Assembly: GCA_023254095.1 (NCBI GenBank)
Contig: JALNLM010000001.1
Location: 141,560-205,559, forward strand
Direction: 5' to 3'
Length of the DNA stretch: 64,000 nt
Source: Candidatus Geocrenenecus huangii
GTDB taxonomy: Archaea; Thermoproteota; Nitrososphaeria_A; Caldarchaeales; Wolframiiraptoraceae
This document shows, piece after piece, positions 1 to 9,596 of this stretch; the first letter of the stretch is position 1, and each line of letters starts with the position of its first letter. The notes under the pieces are model-generated. The model had not been told where the DNA came from. It saw only the letters and a program-made list of their open reading frames with translations, and ran no database searches. A program made the position numbers and the translations under genes.

Positions 1-777
1 GATCTTAGCCATTGGATGATCTTTCTTAACCCATTGGGGCCAATCTATTATGATTATGTCTTCCGACGGCTTGACCAGAATGTTGTAAACACTTAAGTCG
101 CTGTGGACTACTCCTATCTCATATGCTTTTATAACGTTATCAAGAATCTTCGTAAGAATCTTTAAAGGATTCTTTATGTATTGTGCGGACGGTATCTCTA
201 TTCCTGCGAATATCCTAGTTACTACGATATGTCTATTCCTGGCAATAGGCTCCGGCACATCGACGCCTTCTGGATGAAGAAGATTTAAGGCCTCAAATTC
301 ATTCCTTGCAGCATTTATAGATGCATAGAGATGTGAGTGTATTGAGTACAATGTTGGTCTTTTCTTCCCGTATCCTCTGAAACTGGTTCTTCCTATTCTA
401 AAGAATTTGACTGCGAGCTTTTCGCCTTTAGGCGATAACGCTTCATAAACATCTGCCTCTTTCCCAACCCCTAAAGCTTTCCCGATACTTTCAACGATGT
501 TCCTTTTTACAAGGTTTCTTAATGCAAGCAGGTCTAGCCCATTATAGTTTAACAAGCATCCTTTCTCTCTTCCTCTAGGAGACCATACAAGCCTATAGAA
601 GTTAAGTTTCTTCAATAGCTTCTCTATGCTTGGCCTGTCAAGTTTTGACTGCTTCTCTATTACTTCGAGGGGGACGACTTCAAACTTTGTTAGATTCTTC
701 TCGATTATGTGTAGAATCTTGAAATGGTCTTCATTGAGATTCGTGAAGACCGTTCTAAGAAGATGGAGAATAGACAT
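1..777 (-). CDS. rio2: RIO2-family atypical serine kinase (3' end outside window)
   Basis: Manual translation from ATG at 777: MSILHLLRTV... with an N-terminal wHTH, GVGKEADVY, LAVKFFRIGRTSF, VVHSDLSVYNILV and IIDWPQW. The ATG directly follows the ileS stop. Confidence 0.92.
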   Translation of the reverse strand, partial: MSILHLLRTVFTNLNEDHFKILHIIEKNLTKFEVVPLEVIEKQSKLDRPSIEKLLKKLNFYRLVWSPRGREKGCLLNYNGLDLLALRNLVKRNIVESIGKALGVGKEADVYEALSPKGEKLAVKFFRIGRTSFRGYGKKRPTLYSIHSHLYASINAARNEFEALNLLHPEGVDVPEPIARNRHIVVTRIFAGIEIPSAQYIKNPLKILTKILDNVIKAYEIGVVHSDLSVYNILVKPSEDIIIIDWPQWVKKDHPMAKI

Positions 778-3700
778 CTACATCTTCCTCACACCTATCC
801 TAATGGTCTCTCCTCCGATTTCCCATTCTTTCACAAATCCTTCTACTTCACCTTCAACCTTAACCTCAAGCTCTTTACATCTTGTTTCTCCTTTTATAAA
901 TTCTTTCGTAGATTCTAGATGGCTTCTCCACTCTTCATCTGGGACCGACATATCAACTGATATGTAGTCGGTAACCTGTAGGTTCATCTCTTTCCTCATG
1001 GTCTGTATTCTTCTAATCACTTCTCTTGCAAGAGACAATGTTACTAGTTCTCTCGTCTCCGTAACGTCTAGGTATATGGTTGCAAATCTTCCATCTTCCT
1101 TACGTATGTTCTCTGGAAATATCTCTTCAAATTCAATTTCGTTACTCTCTATCTTGACTACGCTTCCATCGCTTAGCATCAGCTCGATATATCCGTTTAA
1201 TTCAAGTTCTCCTCTTAGTTTTTCAACGTCGAGCTTACTTACCCTTTCGACTATCTCCTTCACTTTCTTTCCATGCTTTGGACCTATAACACTGTATACT
1301 GGCCTGACCACATATCTTACTCCAATTGGTTTCTCAGCTACATCTAAGATCTCTAGTTCGATAGTGTTAAGCTGGATCTTTAAGAATTCTTTCAAGTTTT
1401 CAAAAGCTTTCTTAGCTCTGAGATTGATTGGGGAGAGAATGTATGCCTTAACAGGCCATCTTAATTTCTTTCCAGCTTTCTGGCGGATAGCTAATGCGTC
1501 GGATAACGTTTGGCGGGCTATCTCCATCATGTCTTCTAACTCTTCATCTATCCATTGCTCGTCTGGTTTAGGCCATTTTAACATGTGTACGCTTTCCGGA
1601 TCATCGCTCAGCCTTAATTCTTGGTGGAACTTCTCAGCCAAGTACGGGGTTACTACCGCCATCAAGCATGTGAGCTTCTTCAGAACGTGGTAGAGAGTTG
1701 CGTAGACTGCGAGTTTACTCCATGTCTGTTCTTCTACCCATACCCTCCTCCTGATAGAGCGGACATATAATCTGCTAAGGTCTTCGACTATGAATTCCCT
1801 CAGTATTCTAGCAGCTGAATGTATCTCAAGTTCTTCAAGATTTCTAGTAAAGATCTTTACTAGATTGTTTATCCTAGATATAATCCATCTATCTTCGAGT
1901 TCAAGATATTTTTCTACTTTGTAGATATCGATCTCCTCCGGATTGAACCCGTCTATCCCGAAGTATGTTGTAGCGAAAGAGAATACGTTCCAGAGTATGT
2001 TTAGTTCTTGTATTATCTGTTCCACTTCTCTTGGAACAAAGTTCATGTTATCCCATGGAGCTGACTTGGAGACTAGGTACAGTCTGAGGGGATCAGCTCC
2101 AAATCTCTCTATGGCCTCCATAGCCCATATAACGTTTCCTTTACTCTTCGACATCTTTTTTCCTTCAGCATCCATTACGTGACCTTGATTTAAGACAGTC
2201 TTGTATGGTGCTTGCCCATAAAGAAGGCAGGACGTAAATATTAACGTGTAGAACCATCCTCTAGTCTGGTCTATTGCTTCTGTAATAAAGTCGTAAGGGA
2301 ATAGTTTCTTGAAGAGTTCCCGGTCTGTTAAAGCGTTGATGCTTGCTGTATGAGCCATTCCTGAGTCTAGCCAGGTATCCATTACGAAGGTTTCCCTCTT
2401 CATGATTCCACCGCATCTCGTACACTTGTACATCACGTTGTCCACCCATGGTCTCAGAAGCCTTATCTCAGAAGGTTTAACATCTGCTTTTAGCAGTTCT
2501 TCTTTTGCAGAGACCACCTTCTTTTCTCCACAGTTAGTGCATATCCATACAGGTAGGGGCGTCCCCCAAACCTTAGTTCTAGTTATACACCAATCCTCAG
2601 CGTTCTCTAACCAATCTCCGAATCTGTGGTATCCTGCCCATGCAGGCTTCCATGAAATTTTCTTATTCTCTCTAATCATGATATCCTTTATTCTATCTAC
2701 TTTTATGAACCATTGACGGCTTGAGAGATATAGTAGAGGAGAGCCACATCTCCAGCAATGCGGGTAATTATGGAGAATTTTTCCCTCCCATATTAGAAGG
2801 TTTTTTTCCTTTAAGTATTCTATTATCTTCCTGCCTGCTTCCGTATAGTATAGTCCTGAAAATTCGCCTGCATCATTCGTAAAGTATCCGTTAGTCGATA
2901 CAGGATTGAAGATTGGAAGACCGATCTTTAATCCGAGTTCGAAATCTTCTGGGCCATGTGCTGGAGCTATGTGTACGCATCCAGTTCCTTCCTCCATCGT
3001 GACAAATTCGGCTGTTACGACTGTGTGAGCTGGTGGGCCATGCCCTAAATGTTTCGAAACTTTTTCAATTAATGGATGAAGGTATTTGTATCCAGCAATA
3101 GCTAAGCCTTTGAAACGTCCTAGTACTTGATAATTGTCTATTCTTGTTTCATTGATAAATCTTCCAAGTAGTTTTTCCGCTATTATCCATTCTTCATCTC
3201 CAACCCTTATCTTTAGGTAGTATTCATCTGGGTGAATAGCTACAGCTTCATTTCCTGCAAGAGTCCAAGGCGTCGTAGTCCATATTACTACATATAGGTT
3301 TCCAGCTCCCTCAAGCGGGAATTTTACATATATAGAGGGATCTTCTACTTCTTCATACCCTTGAGCTACTTCGTGGCTGCTTAACGGTGTTTCGCATCTT
3401 GGACAATATGGTACGACTTTGAAGCTTTCTATTAAATCTCCCTTCTCATATGCTTGTTTGATGAACCACCATACATGCTCTATGTATCTTTCCCTCCTCG
3501 TTTCATACGCAGTATCATAGTCTAGCCAAACAGCGAGTCGCTCGGAAGCTTCTCTCCAATGCTTGATGTAATAGTCTACAAGCTTGTTCGCTTCTTCAAC
3601 GAATCTATCTAACCCGTATTCTTCTACTTCTTTCTTTGTTGTGAAACCGAGTTTCTTCTCAACTTCTATCTCTGTCGGCAGGCCTAGGCAATCCCATCCC

Positions 3701-3951
3701 CCCCTCCTCCATACATCCATGCCTCTCATTGCATAGAATCTAAGTACCAAATCTTTGTAGACTCTGCCTCGAGCATGACCTACATGCATGTACCCGTTGG
3801 CGGTTGGAGGGCCCTCCAAGAAAGCAAAGATGGGAGCACCCTTATTCATGTTGAAGACCTTACTGATTATGTTGTTTTCCCTCCACCATCTAGATATTTC
3901 TTCTTCCACTTGTATTGGATTATATTTTCCTATGAGGACCATACTATACAC
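778..3951 (-). CDS. ileS: Isoleucyl-tRNA synthetase
   Basis: EGPPTANGYMHVGH (HIGH), GWDCLGLP, WTTTPWT editing motif, DQTRGWF and KMSKS. The start could be ATG 3942. Confidence 0.97.
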   Translation of the reverse strand: MYSMVLIGKYNPIQVEEEISRWWRENNIISKVFNMNKGAPIFAFLEGPPTANGYMHVGHARGRVYKDLVLRFYAMRGMDVWRRGGWDCLGLPTEIEVEKKLGFTTKKEVEEYGLDRFVEEANKLVDYYIKHWREASERLAVWLDYDTAYETRRERYIEHVWWFIKQAYEKGDLIESFKVVPYCPRCETPLSSHEVAQGYEEVEDPSIYVKFPLEGAGNLYVVIWTTTPWTLAGNEAVAIHPDEYYLKIRVGDEEWIIAEKLLGRFINETRIDNYQVLGRFKGLAIAGYKYLHPLIEKVSKHLGHGPPAHTVVTAEFVTMEEGTGCVHIAPAHGPEDFELGLKIGLPIFNPVSTNGYFTNDAGEFSGLYYTEAGRKIIEYLKEKNLLIWEGKILHNYPHCWRCGSPLLYLSSRQWFIKVDRIKDIMIRENKKISWKPAWAGYHRFGDWLENAEDWCITRTKVWGTPLPVWICTNCGEKKVVSAKEELLKADVKPSEIRLLRPWVDNVMYKCTRCGGIMKRETFVMDTWLDSGMAHTASINALTDRELFKKLFPYDFITEAIDQTRGWFYTLIFTSCLLYGQAPYKTVLNQGHVMDAEGKKMSKSKGNVIWAMEAIERFGADPLRLYLVSKSAPWDNMNFVPREVEQIIQELNILWNVFSFATTYFGIDGFNPEEIDIYKVEKYLELEDRWIISRINNLVKIFTRNLEELEIHSAARILREFIVEDLSRLYVRSIRRRVWVEEQTWSKLAVYATLYHVLKKLTCLMAVVTPYLAEKFHQELRLSDDPESVHMLKWPKPDEQWIDEELEDMMEIARQTLSDALAIRQKAGKKLRWPVKAYILSPINLRAKKAFENLKEFLKIQLNTIELEILDVAEKPIGVRYVVRPVYSVIGPKHGKKVKEIVERVSKLDVEKLRGELELNGYIELMLSDGSVVKIESNEIEFEEIFPENIRKEDGRFATIYLDVTETRELVTLSLAREVIRRIQTMRKEMNLQVTDYISVDMSVPDEEWRSHLESTKEFIKGETRCKELEVKVEGEVEGFVKEWEIGGETIRIGVRKM

Positions 3952-4364
3952 CCTTCCAGCTTAGTTACCCTTAATTCTCGTATGACCCAAATATACCTTG
4001 AATAATCAATAATTAATAAATTTGGCGATACATCATCCACGTTTACGTAGGACCTCCGAACAATTTAAACATTCCTAACAGAAAATAGTAATCTTTAATC
4101 TCACATATATTTCAGTCTTCTCTATTAGGCTTCCATCTAGCGAGCTAGTTGAAAACCTCAGCTTCCACCATGATATCTCTATCAACCTCTAATCTTTCAA
4201 TCTTCTTCATGAGAATCCAGGCATTAAAATAAAACACTACTACGACTAGTAGCCCTACATTGTAATGTGGATGAAGATAAAGACGTTATCAATAAACTAG
4301 TCTAAGACAGATAAACCATATTCTCATTCATCCGATTCCCTTAATTCTCTAGAAGACTTATATA

Positions 4365-4772
4365 ATGAGCTTCGATTTGGATTATGTGACCTCTGTGTCT
4401 TCTTTGAAGGATCTATCAAGGATTGGGGTGCTCCTCATTGGCGTAGCATTGATTATTATTGCTTCGATTGCACTCCATTTCTACATAACCTATCTTAGCA
4501 AGACTTTTGAAAATTCTTACATGACTAGACCTTTTATATCATATTGTTCTCCAAGTAGGGTAATCATCATAGAAGCACGTCAAGATTTAATGAATGTAAA
4601 AGTACTAGATAATAGCTCTAATACTATTTGCTTATTTGATAAAATACCGAAGAACTCTAAAGAGATATGTAATGTTCAAGGTTATGGAGTATATGTAATC
4701 CAGTATGGAGAATTTAAAGATGTTGTAGAATGCATTAGATCAGTGGTAGTCGAATCGAGGCCAGTTGACTAG
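4365..4772 (+). CDS. Hypothetical protein with a single N-terminal membrane helix and a small Cys-containing exported domain (pilin-like N-terminus)
   Basis: Hydrophobic helix IGVLLIGVALIIIASIALHFYI followed by a beta-rich domain with 4 Cys. Confidence 0.55.
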   Translation: MSFDLDYVTSVSSLKDLSRIGVLLIGVALIIIASIALHFYITYLSKTFENSYMTRPFISYCSPSRVIIIEARQDLMNVKVLDNSSNTICLFDKIPKNSKEICNVQGYGVYVIQYGEFKDVVECIRSVVVESRPVD

Positions 4773-4780
4773 TAAAGCGT

Positions 4781-4960
4781 TTAGAAAGACATTAGTGTTG
4801 CTACAAGCCTCTCATACCTAATGGTAATCCTCCTAAAAGACTGTAGCTATCCGAGAAGACTCCAATCAGAGATCTCACCCTAGCATAGAGTCCAGTTTTG
4901 TACGGTCTCATTTGCTTTCTTATTTTTGTTTAATCTAAACTTATCTTTAATTACCCTGCT
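4781..4960 (-). pseudogene. Degraded IS5-family transposase C-terminal fragment
   Basis: Minus strand reads MRPYKTGLYARVRSLI, then after a frameshift LLG*LQSFRRITIRYERLVATLMSF*. This matches the IS5 C-terminal consensus Y..R..(V)ERFF.WLK.FRRIA.RYE(R/K)L, with TGG changed to TAG at the Trp. Confidence 0.7.
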
Positions 4961-5003
4961 TTTTAGAAGTTAGTTTAAATGTAGGTAATAGTAATAGTGA
5001 TTT

Positions 5004-5561
5004 ATGGATAAGGAAAAAAAGGATTCTACGAATAAGATAATATCTGCCCGATATTTTGAAGATAGCATAACTTCTACGTTAGATGATGTTTCGAGATACT
5101 ATCTTAGAAGAGGGTACGGTGTGTTGGATGAGGCTAAAAAAATAGTAGAGTATTCTCTCGTTGAGGCATTGTTCTTGTTAGAGATGGGTAGGATGAGGCT
5201 TTTTGACCTTAAAGGAGAAGAGGTAAATTTCGATAGGCTTCTAAAAGAATCATCTATAAAGGAGCCAACTCTATGGAGAGACTACATAGTTTACAGAGAC
5301 TTGAGGAAGAGAAACTATGTCGTCAAGGACGGCTTCAGTTCAGATCTACGTTTCAGAGTCTTTGAAAGAGGAGAATATATGGAGAAGCCTGCAAGATACC
5401 TAATTGCGATCGTCTATGAGGGTAGAGATCTACCAGTCGAGAGGCTAATCGAATGGTTGGAGATATGCAGGAATAATAAAAAGGAGCTTATATTAGCTGT
5501 TGTTGATAGGAGAAACGAGGTGATATACTATACTGTCAGGATGGTAGATCTAGTTCCATAA
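5004..5561 (+). CDS. endA: tRNA-intron endonuclease subunit, probably the structural (non-catalytic) subunit of an (alpha-beta)2 enzyme
   Basis: SLVEALFL, YIVYRDLRKRNYVVKDGF, FRVFERG and KELILAVVD. The catalytic Tyr (KYG) and His positions are not conserved (GFSSD, KPARYL). Confidence 0.85.
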   Translation: MDKEKKDSTNKIISARYFEDSITSTLDDVSRYYLRRGYGVLDEAKKIVEYSLVEALFLLEMGRMRLFDLKGEEVNFDRLLKESSIKEPTLWRDYIVYRDLRKRNYVVKDGFSSDLRFRVFERGEYMEKPARYLIAIVYEGRDLPVERLIEWLEICRNNKKELILAVVDRRNEVIYYTVRMVDLVP

Positions 5562-5617
5562 TTATGCTACGCCCAGAAAGGATGCTTGCAACTAGATTCC
5601 AGAAATCTTCTAAATTA

Positions 5618-6333
5618 GATAGTGTCCAAATAAGGTAATGTATTTAAATGGGGTCTAGCTTGTTATCTTCATGGATATTGTAGCCCTAATCTCTAGTTGT
5701 TTTAAGCGTAATAAGAAAGTAGGGAGGTTAAGGTTTTAGCTGTATTAGAGTATATGTTTCATGGTAGTTGTAGGAAGGTCTCGAAGGTTCTAAGCATTGC
5801 TATGGAGCCTATAAGTAAGTCGGATGTACATTATCTTTCAAAGATCATATCTTCTAAATTGAAGATAGCGTTAGAACCAAGGTATAGGAGATGCATAGCT
5901 ATTGATGAAACAAAGCTTAAAGTTAAGAAGACCGTAGTATACGTATGGTCTGCTGTAGACGTTGATTCAGGTGAATTACTAGCTCTAGAAGCTTCATATT
6001 GTAGAAGCTGTCTAAACGCTCTAAAATTCATTAGGAAAGTCCTAAGACTATGCTTGAACAAGCCGAAGATAATTGTGGATAAGGGTCCATGGTATATATG
6101 GGCTCTAGAAAGACTTGGAATAGAATATGATTATCAAAGATTTGGGATGAGGAATAGAGTTGAAAGATTCTTCAGATACCTTAAGGAGAGAACAGCAGTA
6201 TTCCATAACAAGCTAAGTGCAAGAAACCATATACAGGGAATAACCAATCTGAATCTATTCCTCAACCTATTCACACTATACTATCAGACCATAAGATAGA
6301 GAGATGGTTAAGAATACTTATTTGGACACTATC
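5618..6333 (+). mobile_element. IS6-family insertion sequence, 716 bp
   Basis: Perfect 17-bp TIRs GATAGTGTCCAAATAAG (5618-5634) and CTTATTTGGACACTATC (6317-6333), flanked by the 8-bp direct repeat CTAAATTA (5610-5617 and 6334-6341). Confidence 0.95.
5671..6299 (+). pseudogene. IS6-family DDE transposase with a frameshift near the 5' end
   Basis: DDE core IAIDET / IIVDKG / NRVERFF lies in ORF 5754-6299. The N-terminus MDIVALISSCFKRNKK (from 5671) continues as REVKVLAVLEYMFHG only after a -1 shift at about 5716-5720. Confidence 0.82.
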
Positions 6334-6346
6334 CTAAATTAAATGG

Positions 6347-6547
6347 TTATAGTTTTATACCTCTCTCCTTCAAGATCGTTAAGATCCTGGCTATTCTCTT
6401 CTTAGTATTTCTGATTAGAGCAGTCTTTTCCATTCCTGCACCGCCTATCTTACTTCTGAGTAGAACAAGCTCGGCTCTCAGCCTATCCAGCTCGTCTAAC
6501 AATTCCTCACTACTCTTCTGCCTCAGTTCTTTCACTTCCTTCACCAA
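6347..6547 (-). CDS. rpl29: 50S ribosomal protein L29 (uL29)
   Basis: KVKELRQKSSEEL...IRNTKKRIARILT; follows rps3. Confidence 0.95.
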   Translation of the reverse strand: MVKEVKELRQKSSEELLDELDRLRAELVLLRSKIGGAGMEKTALIRNTKKRIARILTILKERGIKL

Positions 6548-7193
6548 CTTTCTCCACCACCTCTACTTTCGGTTGTGAAGATCTCAAGATCTGAATCTTC
6601 TCTACGTTGACTCCAAGTTCTTCTGGTAGAAGTGCATCTGAAGGGTATATCTTTACTTTCACGCCGTATATCCCTGTCTTAAGCAAGACAGATGCTTTCC
6701 CAACCCTCACGTATTTTAAAGCATATTCTCCTGATTTTGGAATAAACCCTGCACTATATTTTTCCGTTCTAGCTCTCGCAGACGTAAGTTTTCCACTTAT
6801 CTCTATCTCTACTCCTCTCGCACCTGCATCCATTATCCTCCTCAATGCCCAAAATGCTACTCTTCTATGTCTCACACCTCTCTCTATTGCTTGAGCTATC
6901 CTATAAGCCATAACATATGGGTTGAGCTCAGGTATCTCTATCTCCGCTACCGTTACGTTCGGGTTCTCTATACCAAACCTCGAGGCAAGTACTTCTGAAA
7001 TCTCCTTAATGGTTCTACCTCTAGAACCTATGACTCTGCCTGGATGCATAGCGTATATCGTTACTCTAGTACCGATGGGGGTAAAAACTATGTCTACTCC
7101 TCCGAATCCTGCATCTTTCAATTTCTCAGCTAGGTATTCTTCAACCTCCGTCTTCTTCTTCCTCTTCTCAAGCAGTTGTTTAATAGTTGACAA
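6510..7193 (-). CDS. rps3: 30S ribosomal protein S3 (uS3)
   Basis: KH domain PGRVIGSRG, plus GARGVEIEISGKL and GIYGVKVKI. Confidence 0.97.
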   Translation of the reverse strand: MSTIKQLLEKRKKKTEVEEYLAEKLKDAGFGGVDIVFTPIGTRVTIYAMHPGRVIGSRGRTIKEISEVLASRFGIENPNVTVAEIEIPELNPYVMAYRIAQAIERGVRHRRVAFWALRRIMDAGARGVEIEISGKLTSARARTEKYSAGFIPKSGEYALKYVRVGKASVLLKTGIYGVKVKIYPSDALLPEELGVNVEKIQILRSSQPKVEVVEKVGEGSERTEAEE

Positions 7194-7194
7194 C

Positions 7195-7653
7195 CTATTC
7201 TTTCACCTCTCCTATGATTTCTATGTGGGTGAGGATTTTATCATATGGCGTTGCTCTACCAAATGCCCTCTCAATAAATTTCCTTATAACTCTTCCTTTA
7301 TGAGCTACAGCGTATCTTATTACTACTTTTTCAGGGTCAAGACCTTTAAATTCAGCATTTGCTTCAAGGCTCTCCAATAATTTTAACATCATTCTCGCAA
7401 TTTTAACTGGGTATCCTCCGGGACCTCTTGTCTGGCGGTGATGTGCTCTATCCTTCCTATACCTCCTGTAGGGGATCATTCTCTTCATAGCTATAACGTC
7501 CTCCATAAGCTTCTTAGCCTCAGGTATCCTCAACCCGATAACCGCTGTACAAACCTCGCGTGAAAACTTCGGAGAGACATCTACCTCTCTAAGACTAGCT
7601 TTAACCGTCTTGGCTGGATCCAGTTCTTTTACTGAGTAACCCCAGTTAGGCAT
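7195..7653 (-). CDS. rpl22: 50S ribosomal protein L22 (uL22)
   Basis: VSPKFSREVC, GGYPVK, NAEFKGLD and RAFGRATP. Confidence 0.97.
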   Translation of the reverse strand: MPNWGYSVKELDPAKTVKASLREVDVSPKFSREVCTAVIGLRIPEAKKLMEDVIAMKRMIPYRRYRKDRAHHRQTRGPGGYPVKIARMMLKLLESLEANAEFKGLDPEKVVIRYAVAHKGRVIRKFIERAFGRATPYDKILTHIEIIGEVKE

Positions 7654-7798
7654 CTCCCATCCGCCTATCTGTTAGTCATCATCTATGCAGGAGAGAATGT
7701 AAGCACTATTTAATGATGCCGTTCGAATTAGTCTTATTCAGATGTAAGCCCCATTCTAGCTAAAAACCTATTTCAAATTTACGGTTTAGAGATTTATT

Positions 7799-8431
7799 CT
7801 ATTTTACTATTTTACCTGTCTCCATGTACCATAGATACAAGTCTAGTTCTCCAGGCTTGAGGCCGACTATCCTGGATATTTCTTCCAAGGTTTTTTCAAT
7901 TTCTAAATACTTCTTCCTCGTTAATGTTCTCGGCTTCTCTGTTATCTCATACCTTTCCAATAAGTTTAGGATGTGGAAGTCGATTATTGCTACTTCCAGG
8001 CATCCTATATTTCTAAGGAAATGGCTTGCCTCCTTATATCCTAATCCATCGATATTCTCCACCAACCATTCTCTGATCTGCTTACAATCAACCAATGTGT
8101 CAAGAACGTTCTTTACCTGGTCTAGCTTCCTTCTAGCCCTAACGATGTATTTGGCTCTAGTCTCAGGATACCTGTGCCCAAGCCTTCTTAGTTCTTCCAC
8201 CAGTTCTTTTTCCGGAAGCTTCAAAAACCCATCATTAATCCTTTCTTGTATTCGTAGACTTTTCTCAGCACTGTATCCCGCGGCCAAGATGCAGAAACAT
8301 AATTCCTTGAATATTTCTGTAATATCTTTACTCCTAAGCTGGATGAAGCTTCTTATCTTCTCATCTACAAGCCTCTTTATATCTGTCTCAATTAATCTTC
8401 TAAGCTCGTTCAGCAATTGTTCCAAAGTCAT
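7799..8431 (-). CDS. ogg: 8-oxoguanine DNA glycosylase / AP lyase
   Basis: ELCFCIL, HhH motif GLGYKEASHFLRN, AIIDFHI and LDLYLWY. Confidence 0.93.
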   Translation of the reverse strand: MTLEQLLNELRRLIETDIKRLVDEKIRSFIQLRSKDITEIFKELCFCILAAGYSAEKSLRIQERINDGFLKLPEKELVEELRRLGHRYPETRAKYIVRARRKLDQVKNVLDTLVDCKQIREWLVENIDGLGYKEASHFLRNIGCLEVAIIDFHILNLLERYEITEKPRTLTRKKYLEIEKTLEEISRIVGLKPGELDLYLWYMETGKIVK

Positions 8432-8483
8432 CTGGAGTGTTTTATGTCTAGATGTAGTAAAAAGTATTGTGGAGGTTGGGAGT

Positions 8484-9596
8484 TCACGATTCCCCGATTA
8501 TTCCTTTAATGAGGTACAGGTAAAGTAATGCTATGAAGATCGCTGTAAAGAAAAGTATAGCTGATACTCCTGACAGTATCAAGGATGGTTCTATGAAAAG
8601 CAGTCTATTTATGAATATTTCCACGGGCACCCCTGTATCGCCTACTATAACCATGTATGGTAGCCTACCGATATCGTGTGCTATCTCTCCAAATACTAGT
8701 GCGGCTATAGATAGAGGGGCAAGAATATATGCTGTCCACCTCCTAGAAGGTTGATAATAATGGACTATCCCGAGGACCAAGATCAGAATTGATAGTAGAA
8801 CCATTCCGAGGAAAAAGTATGAAACATCCGTTGATGGGTATTGGGTAGGTAGAAATGATCTTGTTAAGCTGGCGAATAGGTACGGTGAGTGAAAGCTCAG
8901 CGTACTCCAGAACCAGAATCCTGCTAATCCTTGAGGTACTATCATCAAGCCTCCGATAAGGCTAGCGTACCCACTCCATCTTTCAACTGTTTTATCAATC
9001 TTCGACGACCATGCTAAGCCAGCTGAAGCGGCTAGGAACCCTATGGATAACGCTCCGAAAAATGTATGTAGTAGAAGTGGAGGATAGAGGGGGTTCATTA
9101 AAGCTTCTATAATGTTCCCAGAAATCGGGTTTAAGCTAGTTAAGCCGACGGGACTGCTTATGAATGCGAAAATATATCTAAACCCTGCGGGGATCATTAA
9201 TCCTGAGAAGGCCATGACGAGCCCTACGGCGAGATGTATTCTCGCTCCAACTCTATCCCAAGTATACCAGTAGGCAGCTATAGATGTTAATCTAAGTATT
9301 ATACCAATGATACTTATTAGTAGGGGGATGAATAGGATTATCGTTGCGATGTTTACCAGCGTGGGCCAGAATCCAGCCAAAACAACGGTTATCATAGTTC
9401 CGTAGACGCCTGAAACGACCTCCGTTGCAACGAGAAACTTGAAGACTTTTCTAGAAGGCTTAGCTGCCTCAGTATTTGAAATTGACCTCCATCTAAGAAT
9501 TACACTGTAGAATCCTAAACCGATGTTTATGTTTACGAACGTTAAATGGATCAGCAATATTACTCCTAGAACCATTAAAGGTAAAGTTACATCCAT
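8484..9596 (-). CDS. Cytochrome bd-type oxidase second subunit, CydA' type (CydA paralogue rather than CydB)
   Basis: Multi-TM protein with CydA-like motifs LIHLTF, SGVYGT...FWP, LLHTFF and HDIGRLPY; no Q-loop; start overlaps the cydA stop. Confidence 0.8.
   Translation of the reverse strand: MDVTLPLMVLGVILLIHLTFVNINIGLGFYSVILRWRSISNTEAAKPSRKVFKFLVATEVVSGVYGTMITVVLAGFWPTLVNIATIILFIPLLISIIGIILRLTSIAAYWYTWDRVGARIHLAVGLVMAFSGLMIPAGFRYIFAFISSPVGLTSLNPISGNIIEALMNPLYPPLLLHTFFGALSIGFLAASAGLAWSSKIDKTVERWSGYASLIGGLMIVPQGLAGFWFWSTLSFHSPYLFASLTRSFLPTQYPSTDVSYFFLGMVLLSILILVLGIVHYYQPSRRWTAYILAPLSIAALVFGEIAHDIGRLPYMVIVGDTGVPVEIFINRLLFIEPSLILSGVSAILFFTAIFIALLYLYLIKGIIGES

Noticed and set aside
3968-4349. 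12-bp direct repeat CCCTTAATTCTC (3968 and 4338) around an AT-rich region with short broken ORFs
   Set aside because: It could bound an old insertion, but there are no TIRs or recognisable protein relic, so chance cannot be excluded.
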